From: Antedon mediterranea
Taxonomy: Eukaryota > Animalia > Echinodermata
Assembly: GCF_964355755.1 (NCBI RefSeq)
Contig: NC_092678.1
Location: 20,477,365 to 20,541,364 of the forward strand
Reading direction: 5' to 3'
DNA length: 64,000 bases
The translations under genes were made by a program, and so were the position numbers. Numbering within the stretch: the stretch's first letter is position 1; every line of letters starts with the position of its first letter. This document shows, in pieces, positions 17,971 to 31,109 of the stretch. The notes under the pieces are model-generated. The model searched no databases and was not told the DNA's origin. It was given only the letters and a program-made list of their open reading frames with translations.

Positions 17971-18530
17971 ATCATATCATATCATATCATTTATTTAGCC
18001 AATATACAGAACAGTACAAAAAAAAAACAATACAAAAGTAAGTCAATGAGGCCGGACAACCTAAAAGTTATAAATAAAAATAACCGTCGAGAGGCTCTCC
18101 ACATCGAAATACTTACATAAAATGAATAATACATGGATTCTATTAAAATTGAGATAAAACTATAAAATTCAGCAATGGGTTTTTATAAAAAATTGTTAAT
18201 TTAAAAAGATAGAATTAAGAAAATATCTTTAAAATATACATATGTTCAGATTAAAACAGATTATTAAAATATTTCTTAAGGCTATGCTTAAAACAGTTTA
18301 TATTAATTAAAAGTTGGTTGCAGAGATCCGCAGGAAGATCTCTAAAATGTCTAACAAAAAAATTAAAGACAGAGTTATGAAATAAATCAGTCCGGGCTAT
18401 AAAATTATTGCGCAACTTAAGGTTATTAACATGTCTGCAATTAATAGATAAATATTTAAAAACTTTAACATCATATAATTTGTACATACCAGAGTGGACC
18501 AGAGTATGAAAATATGTACTTAGAAGCACC
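17971..18530 (-). mobile_element. 5'-truncated CR1/L2-type LINE remnant
   Basis: Minus frame ...ARTDLFHNSVFNFFVRHFRDLPADL...FKHSLKKYF resembles a CR1/L2 ORF2 C-terminus; the 3' end is AATAAA followed by an (ATGAT)n tail at 17971-17996. Confidence 0.65.
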
Positions 18531-18639
18531 AGATATAGTGCTTAAAGTCTGCGTAACATATGAATACATTTTGTATTTTGTAGGAGAGTATAAATTTCTA
18601 TTCAATTTATGTCTCTCTATCAGCCACTGTCAATGCTTT

Positions 18640-18945
18640 TATTTTATTTATTTTATTTTTTATTTTATTTTATGTCTTTAGGCAATGTGGCTAAGGATTA
18701 CCAATAGTGAATTAATCACTGTCCTATCAGATAGGTGGTAATCCCCCTGATACAGGGGCTATTTTGTGAACCAGTTCACCGGGGTAACCCTCTACTCTTT
18801 TCGAATAATGAACTGGGTTCTTTAAAGTGCACACAGGTTATAACTGTGTACATTGGACATACGGTTTATAGTCCTTATCCGAGAAGACTTGTTCCACCAC
18901 CAGAACTAGGAGTGAGTCGGCCTCGAACCCCTGCCGATATTGTTG
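18640..18945 (-). mobile_element. tRNA-derived SINE, probably Nin/Inv-domain type
   Basis: B-box-like GGTTCGAGGC on minus at ~18920-18930. The central ccctctactcttttcgaataatgaactgggttcttt...acggtttatagtccttatccgagaagact resembles the invertebrate Nin domain (from memory). (AAAAT)n tail at 18640-18672. Confidence 0.6.
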
Positions 18946-19501
18946 GCTCTTAAGGTACGGTAATCATGTAATAATGCGCATTGTGTACAATATTTTTCAA
19001 CCAGCAAAATCTATGTATAAATTAACAATAACTCATTAAGTTAATAATCAAAATATGGTTCGTTTCAGTGGAAGATTGTACGAATCTGTCAACGTTATTC
19101 CTTTTTTAGGCCTACTTTTTATTCCGTGCCAATGCACACGATATAAAATGTCGCAAGTCACAGTATTTTATTTCGTCTATTGTTATTTGTATTGTGTGTT
19201 TTCTAAAAATATGTGTCGGTGTTTATTGGGACTTTCCCCCATACCTTTTCAGAATGGATGCATACATATTCATAACATTAAATAATATAGCTTTACAATA
19301 TTTTGTTTTGTTTTTGATTATTGACCTTCACTGATATTGAAAAAAAAATTATTTTATGCACAATTACTATTTTCGAAATATTTTACATTGAAACTGTTGA
19401 ATAGGATCTAACACTTGTTGTGTTTGGTAAAATAAGCTGTATTTAAGATACATTTAGGCCTAAACATAACATCTGTACCTCGTCCCTCCGAAAGAAGGAA
19501 G

Positions 19502-19720
19502 ATGGCAGAGCAGTGTATTATCTGCCTGCAGGCTGTAACTGATCATCATAGCCCTATGAAATGCCCTCGTTGCACGATGATGGCTCACTTGACGTGTATA
19601 ATGCGTTGGTATACCGAAAAGTCTAGCTGTCCGCAATGCAGGGCCTCTTTCGTTATTGTGTCACGTATATTCTTTCGGCCCATCCTTCACTGGGTAGATG
19701 AATATGATTTTTATTCATAA
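19502..19720 (+). CDS. Intronless 72-aa stand-alone RING-variant (C4HC3) protein, divergent paralog
   Basis: C5-x2-C8-x12-C21-x2-C24-x4-H29-x2-C32-x3-W36-x6-C43-P-Q-C46-R; ends HWVDEYDFYS*; AAGATGG start context. Confidence 0.75.
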   Translation: MAEQCIICLQAVTDHHSPMKCPRCTMMAHLTCIMRWYTEKSSCPQCRASFVIVSRIFFRPILHWVDEYDFYS

Positions 19721-21379
19721 TTATCCTAGGAGATAGTGGAGGCGGTTTCATTGGAATTTTTAGAATTTCTTTAATTGTGTTTCCTTTGTAGGCGGCCTAA
19801 ATGAGCGACCGTAAATTGTACAGTAGATGTAAGCCCCTAAGTAACTTACTTTTTTTTCGTAGGCCTATAGTTTGTGAAAGCGAGCCCTGTATAATTGTTT
19901 ACCGTACGTTTAACTTAAAGCTATGTTTTTCAAAAAATCTGACACTCGATAAATGTTCAAAATGGTCTTAATTTATAGGATAATTATCTATTCTCATTTA
20001 GAGTATATGGGGTTTCGATCTCACGTAGATCATCAGTCTTCGTTGGCCTAAGTTTCACTGTCCGCATCGCTTCTCTAAAGTCTCTTCACGGATCAACGAA
20101 TAATTTGTCAACACATTTATTACTAATTAATCCTCTCTTTAATCAATGTTAAATGTAGGCCTAAACCCATTGGATTAACCACTCAAACACAGATCCGTCT
20201 TTCCCACCTCTGTAGGCTAGACATCCAGAGACTCACGGTTTCCCGCGGGGCACAGGCTCTCCCTCTTGGGTCTCAAGGATACGTCAACTTGACAGTTATC
20301 CAGCTTAAATGCCCAACAATTAACTGGTCAAACTACTTATTCTCTTCCCTCATTATGACGATGCTTTGAGAATTTATAGCTTTGGGGTTTTGTTTAAATC
20401 CTTCGCGTGATTATTATCAAATTTAGCCAAAGCCTTTTAATCACGTAAGACCTACTTTGTATTTTCAATTCCCAGAAAGAAACGGAGAATAAAATAATTG
20501 AGTGATTTCAAGTAATGCAAATATTACTAATGGTTTTAATGGTTTTAAATTTATATAGCGCAAAATACAAATAGTCTCTATGCGCTGTTTAGCACAAGTG
20601 TGAAAATGTTGATGTAAAATAAACCACAAAATAGCCTAAGAAAACCGAATAAATTGACCAAGACAACAGAAAAAAAGTCCGAAAACGGAATCTCACATCA
20701 CCACACTGTTTCACTAACTTGTCAAGACAAGCTAGCTATTTATTCACAACTGTCATAGTGATGTGAGCATCTGACTGTCCTGCCTAACAAAGAATAAAAT
20801 GTATATGAAAAAATAATGAATTCACACAGAACGAAACAAGTGAGTCTTCACTAAGATGTCGATATACATTTTTGGCCATTATATGTTTGTCGAATTTTAG
20901 TTTGATTTATTTATTAATTTTTCTTCATTTTACGCCTAATATGCGGCAGAATTTGTTTACATTTTTTGTATTTTGCCCCTTTGAAAGACAACGCTATTTG
21001 GTACGGTTTGGTTGTTTGTCGAAATTAATAAATAATAATAATGGCTTAATTTCATTTATTTATTACGTTTGTTATTAATTTATTAAGACAATTCCAATCT
21101 CGTGTTTAATCAATTGCTCAAACTTCAACCTGTTTAGTACAGCTTCTTAATATTAGTAAAAAGATAAATATTTTGGCACATATGGCGTTTCATACGTAAA
21201 AGTTACAAAACATAAATAGAAAAAATGTTACCAATAAATTAACAATAGCATCTTCTACAAACACATTATATGGTCTTTTATTTCTTAACTGTAGATTCAA
21301 AATAAAAAAAAAAACAAAACAAACAATAAGTCACTAATTGAAAGGAGACGAGTTGACATTCCTATGTGATGTGTGAACA

Positions 21380-21650
21380 TTACGTGCATGCAATCAGGTC
21401 ACAGATGGATATGCAAATCAGTTTATTTGATATGCTAATCACTATCAATTTAATACACTTTTGTCTTATGTACTGTATACAAATTGTGTTTACAAAATGC
21501 TTACGTAATTATAACTATACGAACCGACATTCTTGTGTGATTACGTGCAATCAGATCACAGATGAATATGCAAATTAGTTTAGTTGGTATGCTAATCACT
21601 ATCAATTCAATACAAATTTGTCTATACTGTATGCGAGTGTTTACAAAATG
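21380..21650 (+). repeat. Imperfect ~130-160 bp direct duplication, each copy with an octamer ATGCAAAT
   Basis: tcacagatg(g/a)atatgcaaat...atgctaatcactatcaatt occurs twice. Confidence 0.7.
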
Positions 21651-21829
21651 GTTACTGTTGTAATGTAGGCTACTGTTGTAATGTAGGCTACTGTTTTGGC
21701 AAAACATATTGTTTTTTAATTTATCGCGTGGATTTATCACTTTATATGGTTTTGTAAAGTAATAATGAGGACGTTTGGAATGTGGAATTATATAACATGT
21801 GAATTTAGAGCAATTAAGAAACATTTGGA

Positions 21830-22350
21830 TGTATAGGAATCATCAACAAGTGCGGTGACGTTTAAACATGTACGAATCAAGGACGGTGACGTTTGGATCT
21901 ATACGACTCAACGACGGTAACGTTTGAATTTATACGAAACAAGGACGGTAACGTTTGTATCTATACGAATCAAGGACGGTAACGTTTGAAGCTATAGGAA
22001 TCAAGGACGGGATCGTTTGAATCTATACGAATCAAGGACGGTAACGTTTGAATTTATACGAATCAAGGACGGTAACGTCTGAATCTATACGAATCAAGGA
22101 GGGTAACGTTTGCATTTATACGAATCAACGACGGTACCGTTTGAATTTATACGAATCAAGTAGCCTACGGTTACGTTTAAATCTATACGAATCAAAAACG
22201 GTAACGTTTGAATTTATACGAATCAAGGACGGTAACGTTTGAATATATACGAACCAAGTAGCCTACGGTGACGTTTGAATCTATACGATTCAAAGACGGT
22301 AACGTTTGAATTTAAAGAATCAAGGACGGTAACATTTGGATTTATATGAA
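21830..22350 (+). repeat. 31-bp minisatellite, ~16 copies
   Basis: Unit GAATCAAGGACGGTAACGTTTGAATCTATAC; two units carry a TAGCCT variant. Confidence 0.9.
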
Positions 22351-24290
22351 TTAACATTCTGGATATAATACTTGTGGATTTTATACCAATTGACTGAGGA
22401 CAAGGAGGCCTAAAATGGTGAGTGACACAAATTTATAAACCTTTACTAGTCGGATTGCTTTATCGTGAATAGGCGTTTGTTGTCATACATATTCGGCTCT
22501 CACTGTTTGAGACACCACTCAAAGGTGGTTCGGTCGGTCGGTCCAATTTAAAGCAACTAATGGTTTTATTTTCCTTCTGGATTTGTTTTCCTTATTGATT
22601 AGCTTTATTTGCTACTGTCTGTAGCCTGTCAAATATTTTTATTCTATTTTCCAATGACGTAGATAGCTAAATACTGTACGTCGCCCCCATTAGTTTGTTA
22701 CGACGTGTTCAGTTCCTGCGACCATTAGCACCCTTAAGTTACTGAATTTCTTGAAAATGTCGTTACATTCATTATACGCCCGCATCTGTCTTTCTTTCTC
22801 TTTCTGTTCTTTTTTTCCACATTAAGTAAAAATACATTAATTCGGATAATTTATTTAATTGTATTTACATTTGTCACCTTATCTCACCTTTGTAACCTTT
22901 TGTCATCTTCGTCACCTCTCAATGTCAATTATTGGTGACAATACGCCAATGTCACACGTTTATTACGTAATTAACCTAGTTTCTTGATTAGCCTACAACA
23001 CTCTTGTGAACTCTTATAGGCTCTATAGTATTGAGAACGCTTGCAGAAATCATATCGTTATTACACAATACCATTTACCCATTCAGTATTGATATAAGCT
23101 ATCATTTTTATGTATTGCCTTAGGTTTATCAACTCCAAAAATAATCTTATATCAGAGTAGAACTAAAAATAACGTTTCAACTCATTACATTTGCCTCATA
23201 GTGCGACGTGTTACCATCAAAACACGACCGATTGGGAACTACCCGATGTGTTGATAATTACAATGCAGCTGATAGTTGACACCCCTAATTCGCACCCCTT
23301 GATGACTACCAAGAGGGTTCAAGGCGGGCTTGAGAGGTCCCACCTACCCGTAGTCTATTTCCATCAAAGTATCACGATTATTAGTAATATTAATCCGCGT
23401 TGTCAAATCCCTAGACGGCTATTTATGTACCTAGAACATAGGTTTCCAGCTGCTAACTATTTATACTGTTCACAAACCTCAATGCTAAGTTGTGCCTTAA
23501 ACTATTTGTTATACTGAAACGTGGAGCGTTTATGATTTCATAAACCAAATAATCATGTTTAAACGTAAATATTAGTTATATAGTTTCATGTACAACCTGG
23601 TATCGCCGACGGGCGGTGGCTAGACTTTGTTCGTTTACCTTGAATATTTCGGTATTACAAAGAAATATTTTACCTATGTGAATTGTCTCTCTTTTTTTGA
23701 AGCACAGGTGTCCTAATTATATTTTACACAAATTTAAAAAAAAACAAATGTTATTGTTAAAAATGTTCGTAATGTTGTAGATCTGTGAGATTGTTGTAAG
23801 TAATGTTGAGGTGATCTAAATAATGTTAATTAACGTGTCTTATGACATTGAACAACGAAGAAGGAAATGATTCTAAGACTAGGGCCAAATTTAGTTGTTA
23901 ATGACCAAATAAGTTCAATAATAAGTCGAAGGTTAGATTTAGTTCAACAGATACATGAGTGTGTACATTTTAATTCAAGTAAATGTTTGTGGATTTATAT
24001 TTTTAGATTAGAACTGTGTGGAAGAAAAGTCAAATACAGTATAAGTTTTCATATTTATAGAAAGAAGTGCGTTTTTACATTTCATCTATAGTTTTAAGAA
24101 AAGAATAAAATACAGTTGTAATAGGAGTTAATGTACACAACTTGAATTCGCGTACAATCCAACCTGCATCAGCGATAGTGCAAATTAATATTTTGCACAT
24201 TTATATTTTGCAATATTTGGTTGTTTTTGTGGAAGATGGTATTGTTAATTTCCTGGTGAAATTGCTTGTTCTGTTGTATGTTTTGTCTAA

Positions 24291-24386
24291 TTCATTCATT
24301 CATTCATTCATTCATTCATTCATTCATTCATTCATTCATTCATTCATTCATTCATTCATTCATTCATTCATTCATTCATTCATTCA
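24291..24386 (+). repeat. (TTCA)n microsatellite
   Basis: ~24 units, followed by tttatttcgg typical of a minus-strand LINE tail. Confidence 0.95.
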
Positions 24387-24938
24387 ATCTTTTATTTCGG
24401 AAACTCTGGTCCATAGAAAGTAAATTACATATAAATGAAATAAATAAAATAAACAAAATTATTACTACTCATCTCAGGATGGCATTCCATCCGAAATAGG
24501 CCTAAAAGAAATGAATGAATGAATAAGCAAAACAAAAAAATACAAAGAATTACAAATTATAACAATTTTAAAATCTATTTTTTTTTAAATTTTTCTTCAA
24601 TTAAATTTATTAATATAGGCTAATTATAAAAAAATGAAAAATACAATAATATGCCTACTAAAATGAAAGGATGCGACATTGAAACATGAATTATTTTTTA
24701 AATTGTATCTTGTTTGGGCTTATACAATATTGATTATAATTATGTTAATTTTTAATTTAATTGGGTTGTTTCTTTTTTTTATGTTATCACAAACAAACCA
24801 ACTCATGTATTACAGTCCTCATTAATTATTAATATTCGTCTTTAGAACATAAAGGATTTCATCATTAGTACAGCCAAAGAATTAAAAAAAAGATTGAATT
24901 AAGTGAAACAAGATTGAAATAGCAAGGTCTTGACCACT

Positions 24939-25035
24939 AGTTGACCATTGATCAATGCTGTTTGACCAAGATATTCCTCAGGTGGCGGCCACTCGTCGAG
25001 TGACCAATTGAATTATAGATGACCAGTGGTCAACT
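24939..25035. repeat. Short inverted-repeat element
   Basis: AGTTGACCATTGATCA ... TGACCAGTGGTCAACT. Confidence 0.5.
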
Positions 25036-25645
25036 CTTTGACATGTTTTGATTTTTGCAAAATTGGTTGTTATTATAAGTGTTGCAGAAATCAATATAGG
25101 GGAACTAGTAGCCTAGCGAAAATGTTTTGCAATTTCTATGAAAAAAGGAATGTATATTTGAATATATCTCGCGTTTTGCTCTTCTCACATTATTTTTTTT
25201 AGTAAAAACATACTCCGCTGTGTCATGTGTGTTTCTGTATCATTTCAAAACGCGTCACCCGCTGTGACGCTAAAACGCGACACTCAAACGCGGACAAAAA
25301 CACTACCTGGGTAATTGCACTTTGTGTCGTTTATGCGAAGTTTTTCTAACCTGCGACGGATTATAAGACAATTCCAAGTATTTGTCTTCAGTGTAGGCTG
25401 ATATTGTTTCAGTCCCTTTGCCGACCTTGTACCCAGGCTTGTCCGCGACTTGACGATGGCACATCGTGAAATTCGATAGCCTACTTTGAGTGGACATTAA
25501 TTTTGAAATTGAAAACTATGATTCGAATACCAGGTGATGTACAGATGTTGTAAATTGCATAATTTGTTGACGGTGGGTCATCAGTGACATGACAAAATGC
25601 ATCCGTGTTGACGCTATTGACTTATGATCTAACGATTTGACACTT

Positions 25646-26070
25646 GGAAGTCAAGATCTTGTAAAATATGTTACGTGGCCGAGTTAATCTGGATTATTGA
25701 TTGATTTTGAAAAGGAATTTTAATTGGATAAACCTGGACATACCGATTATTAATGTATCATATGAACACATAATAATGTACGGAACGAAAGTAGATAAAA
25801 AACATTTTATTTAAACTAGTGTTGCCTTTCGTCAGAATACATGACTCCCCCCCTTATTTAAAGGAAGTCAGGATCTTGTAAAATTGTTACGTGGCCGAGT
25901 TAATCTGGATTATTGATATATTTTGAAAAGTAATTTTGATTGGATAAATAAACATGGTTTATTATTGTATCATATGATAATATAATAATGTATTGAACGA
26001 AAGCACGTACTGTAAAAACATTTTATTCGAATTAATCAAGTGTTAGCTTTCGTTAGAATACATGACTTAT
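25646..26070 (+). repeat. ~215-bp imperfect tandem duplication
   Basis: ggaagtca(a/g)gatcttgtaaaat..gttacgtggccgagttaatctggattattga at ~25647 and ~25863. Confidence 0.85.
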
Positions 26071-29000
26071 TCAAAATGTTAACGATGATGACGTCGACGA
26101 TAATATGAATGATGGTAACACTTTTTACAGAGAATCGTGTCGGAAATAACATACTGGAATATTTGAGGATAACAGATAGGCCTAAGCGAAATTTGCTTTG
26201 AAAATAACGAAAAAACACGAAATATAAAAAATAAGATAATGACGAAAATGTTGTAATATTTTAAGATAAAATAATTATTTAATATAATCCTAACTAAAAC
26301 AATAAACACTGCCTATGTTGCTGGAATATTATATGATTTAAAATTATTACATCACTACCTGTAGGCTGTTATTACAATAACCAAGGAATATTATCAAACT
26401 AGGTGTGGAGTATGCACATATTCCCAGTTTTTTTATATGAATAATATTTCTAAAAATAATGTTTAAATAAAAAAATCCCTTTTATATTAAATATTACTGT
26501 AGTCATTCCCCTTGGTCCTAAATGTCCCGTACTAGGCCGTTATATTATTGGTTACACTTTTATATGTGTAGTCTACTGCTGTATAGTCCTAAAAAAAAAT
26601 ATGGTAGAAAATAAAAAAATAAAAAGCATTGATGTAGGTTCTCTTAAAAATGTTGCGTTTAATTATAGGCTACATGATGGTGAAACAAGATGGGCACTTG
26701 TTTTATCCCACGGGTCAAAAGATGTTTTTTTGTTTAGTTAGCTCCCAGCCAAACCGACAGCTAAAACAACATCAGGCCTAGAGTCAAGTGGGAATTTCAG
26801 TAACATGTTTCCTACACACAGTTCTCCGAAATATTACTAAGTCACCTAAATATTCGTCAACAGCGTACCAATAGTCTCATGTTAACTGTACCAATAGTTT
26901 CCGGTAGCTTTACAGACAAGACCCACCTGTAGGCCTTACGAGAATATTGTGACAAAGTCCAAGTCGCCATAGTGTTAGAACTCTTCTGAATACTGCGCCA
27001 AATTCGTTGTTTCTTCTTGTTTACTAGGCCTAGTATCTCTAACAATTACAATAATGATTGCAGTCAATTGTTGTATTCGATTGGGAACTTTTGTTGTCAA
27101 TGTAAAGATTCGTTGAGTATTTTTGTATTCGAATTTTAAATTTTAAAAAACGGATTGTGCTTAGGTCCTAAAAGAAAATCATTCGAATAGAAAACATTAG
27201 CAAACACAAGATTTTTCGTTGAGGGAAATCTCAACGCTCAAAATAGTATGTTCAATAATTGTTGTCTTACGTGGGTTCATCCCACTTTTATTCCATAAAT
27301 ACATAATATAATAATTTTACAGTACAGTTCTTTTTGAGTTCATCTTTTTCATTGTTATCTTTGAACACTTAACTTTTTTTGTTTATTTACAGTTAAACAT
27401 ATTACCTTCTTTTTTTTTAATCCATAATTTATTTTCCAACTAAATATACATAGTTTATTTTCCAACTACTTTTATGTTCAACATACATTTCTACTACGGT
27501 TATTCTATTTACATATAGCATAAACATAATTTGATTTAAAAAAAATTATGTTTGTATCATCATACATATATTTTCTGCTTGAAAAAAAAAAAAAAAAATG
27601 TTCAATAATTACTCAACAGAAAAAACTTTACTCAACGATCAAGTCCCAATCGAATACAACAAGTGATTGTGAGCACTACGAAAAATTGTGTTTCTTTCAG
27701 ATGCCGCGGGTTAAAACATCATTTTATTTTCCATTCTGTATCTATAATATTTGTATCTGTTTTTAAATTAATTGTAATAAAGTTATTCTTAATGATTAAC
27801 TTAACCTTAGCTTTTGACCGATCGCCATAAATATTCCCCCACCCCACCCCACCCACAACAAAAAATGTAAAGGGTAGCTTCGGGTATAAAGTTCATATTG
27901 TGTATTATAAAATGTATAACAACAATGATGATACTAATCCCACCTATTTTTCGTCAAGAAGAACTTTCGTGTGTTTTTTAAGTAGGCCTAGTTAACAAAA
28001 CGTATTGAATGTTTTGTTACCTATCTCCCACATATTCTGTTTCAAATGAGTGCTCGTTATCCATGTTAAGTTAGCTCTTATAATTTTTCCAATTATGTGA
28101 AAAAAGATTGGAATAAGAAGACATGGTTTTATTTGCCAAGTTGATGCCAATTAAAACATTTTTGAACGCTGAACAAATTTGTTAAATTAACTTTAGATTT
28201 TTGTCTGCTGTAAAAGTTTGTATTAAGAAAAACCGCAGAAATGATAAAGTATATGAATAATATTACACGACGAGAAATTAGGCCTATGTGACATTTGGAA
28301 CATGTATTTCTCAACTAGGGTCAATGGTTAGACGGCCGGAGGCGTACACGGCTCCACAAGTCTTACTCTTCATAAAGTAAGAAATTACCAAAAGGTCCTA
28401 TGTGTATCATCAATTATGTTTGCCAATTTTGTTGTTATTGATATTAAAATATGACATTACACGATGCTCAGGCGGTTGTGCTGGTGGTAATGTATGTTTA
28501 GGGAATCATTACTTGTGATTGGATCAAAAAACAATTGTCATTGATGTGGTTGATGTGTACAGAGGGATTGCAAGCAAATCACCACTGACTTAGAACCGCG
28601 TTGGTTTCACAAAAACCTGTCCTCCAAAGCAATATTTGTGTCCAGTCATTTTCTTCAATGTGTTTTATTTGCATTTAAAAATCACATATTCTAAAGGTAA
28701 AATGGGACACTATTACATGTCATGTAATTAATTTAATATACATAGAAATAAGATAAATATTTATTGTCATGACCACAACAAGGTGAACATTAAATTTGTT
28801 TTCCTTGATACTTAAATTACACACACAATACAAAAAAAATAACAGTAAACACTTAATAATAATAATAATAATCAATAAATATCAATATAATATAATATAA
28901 TATAAAGACTAACGTTAAAAAAAGTACATGGTTACAAGATGGATAAAACACTTAACTATCTTTGAAATGTTGAGTTGGCGAAATGTATTGAGTTGATTTC

Positions 29001-29370
29001 CTACATCGAGTAGTATTGCATTTTAAAGGATGGATTCTACTAGGATTATTAACTACATATTTATTATGTAACGTTTATGAGCTACAGTATCCTCCATTAA
29101 TAATAATGTAAATAAATAATATAATATTTTACAATTTCTCTTTTACCTTGTTTTTTAAATGGTATATTATCGTATCGTATCGCTCACAAATATGACAGAT
29201 ATTCACCGTAGGGCGGGTAATCCCCATCCCTACTCCAGGGTGGTTTGAGTAAATGTCATCACTAACACACTTTTAGGTGTTGATATTATTGGGTGTGTAT
29301 AGATGTATTTCCAAATGAATAGTCCATTTCAATTACCAAACTACTATTCACCGACAGCCATTACTTTGGT

Positions 29371-29422
29371 TTTTAGTCGCATGGAAGCGACTCTATAGTT
29401 CACTATGTCGGTCGGTTGGTCG

Positions 29423-29473
<51 letters not shown>

Positions 29474-30036
29474 GGTCTGTCTGTCGGTCCGGTATCACTA
29501 TGCGTTTTATCGCTTTCTGACCTTATCTTGATATCAGTTTAATCTAGCTAAGTCAATTTTTCACAGAATATTCCTTATGGCCAGGAATCGATGTGGTTAT
29601 GTTTTCACGGTGCGCAATAAAAAATTACGCGGTCTACGCACGATTTAACGAAATCACGTTTGTAATCATATCTTAACAACCATGAATCACAATTAAATAA
29701 AATTTGGTACTAATAAATTTCAGGGCATAAATCATCATATGGCAATACAATTACTAGCGTAGCGCGTGTAACGCATGCGTACGCGCGCTTACAATTTTCA
29801 AAATTTATTTTCGATGAAATAAGAGTACATTTCAGGCAATTTTAAGCGTTTACAAAATTTCCATGAGTGCGCATATTTTTGCGCGCGCACTGCGCGTTAA
29901 ATGTTATTGCGCATTCTTTTTGCCCGATTTCTGTTTTATTGACTTACTTTTCAACTCGAAATTACGTTATACGAGCACGTCGTCCGGTATCACTATGCAT
30001 TGTAGCACGCGACTTAATGGCTGTTGGCCTTGTTTT
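29371..30036 (+). mobile_element. Long copy of the HINE/DINE-1-like element
   Basis: Same termini as 16991-17103, (GTCT)n at 29423-29485, ~490-bp extra internal segment. Confidence 0.75.
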
Positions 30037-31109
30037 ATCTGAGAAAGTAAATACGGTATTGATACTTCAGAATGTCCTATTTCAAAGATTGATTTTATTC
30101 ATTTTTTTACTGGACAAATAAAATAAATATGTTATAGTTTTTATAATTAGAACGGATGACTTTTTCCACTGTTTCTGTCGATTCTTCAAATGTCTTGTTC
30201 TTATACTAATTGAATTGGATTGATTAAGATTTTTCGATTCTATCTTTATTTCCGAATTTGACATCGCCCTCTATTATTGAGTAAAACTTCGCAAGATGAA
30301 CATTACTCCACCGTGCAGCTTATACAGTAATATAAACTCCGAGATACTGTTCTTTGATCATGGGTTTTCTGGGTTACCGTACTGATAGAGTAGAGGTAAA
30401 TGAATCAGTGAATGCAAATAGTTGTATGCGCGAGCAATAGTTGTTTGGCGTTCATACGTGTGTGTATAGTCATATGGTTGTTCTCCAGAACAATTAAGCT
30501 ATTATGTTTCCCCGATTTTAAATCCCTTATTTTATTACCAACTACTTCCTCTATTAAAGGAAGATTTTTTGTATATCTTGGCTTAGAGATCTTCCACAAA
30601 AACAACACTATTAGATAATTTGTTTATGTTGGGGTATAATTTTGCCTTTTGAATGAAATAACAATGTATTAAATGGTTGTCATCAAGCTTATAATTGCAT
30701 CAGGCCTTCAATGACAGGTGTAGACCAGACATGTCAACTCATATCAAATTAGACTCGTGTTTACAGAAACAATGTGGGGACATATGTGAGAAAACAGTGA
30801 AATATTCAGAGTAGCGACTGGATGCACATTGCATTGAAGCGGAAGACTTTAATGTTGTAATTAGCATGTTTGTTCTGAAAACTAATTATGATGTACCATG
30901 AAGTACAAGAATTGGATTTCAATGATAGAGATTTGATTAAATATCTGCAGTTTGTAGAGGCCATATAATACCTAAAGCTAGTAGGCTTATCTGGTACTGA
31001 TAATGCGCCCCATTTCCCATGCAGCAACTAAAAAATAATACAGCTCTATTTTGTACCAGCCGTAATTGAACACATTAAACAATATTTAAGTTTGAAAATG
31101 CTAATACTG

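Noticed and set aside
21830-22350. Possible CRISPR-like array (31-bp repeats)
   Set aside because: Units are contiguous with no unique spacers, in a eukaryotic context; it is a minisatellite, and the ORF 22048-22242 is a by-product.
24142-24499. ORFs with HSFI repeats
   Set aside because: Translation of the (TTCA)n microsatellite.
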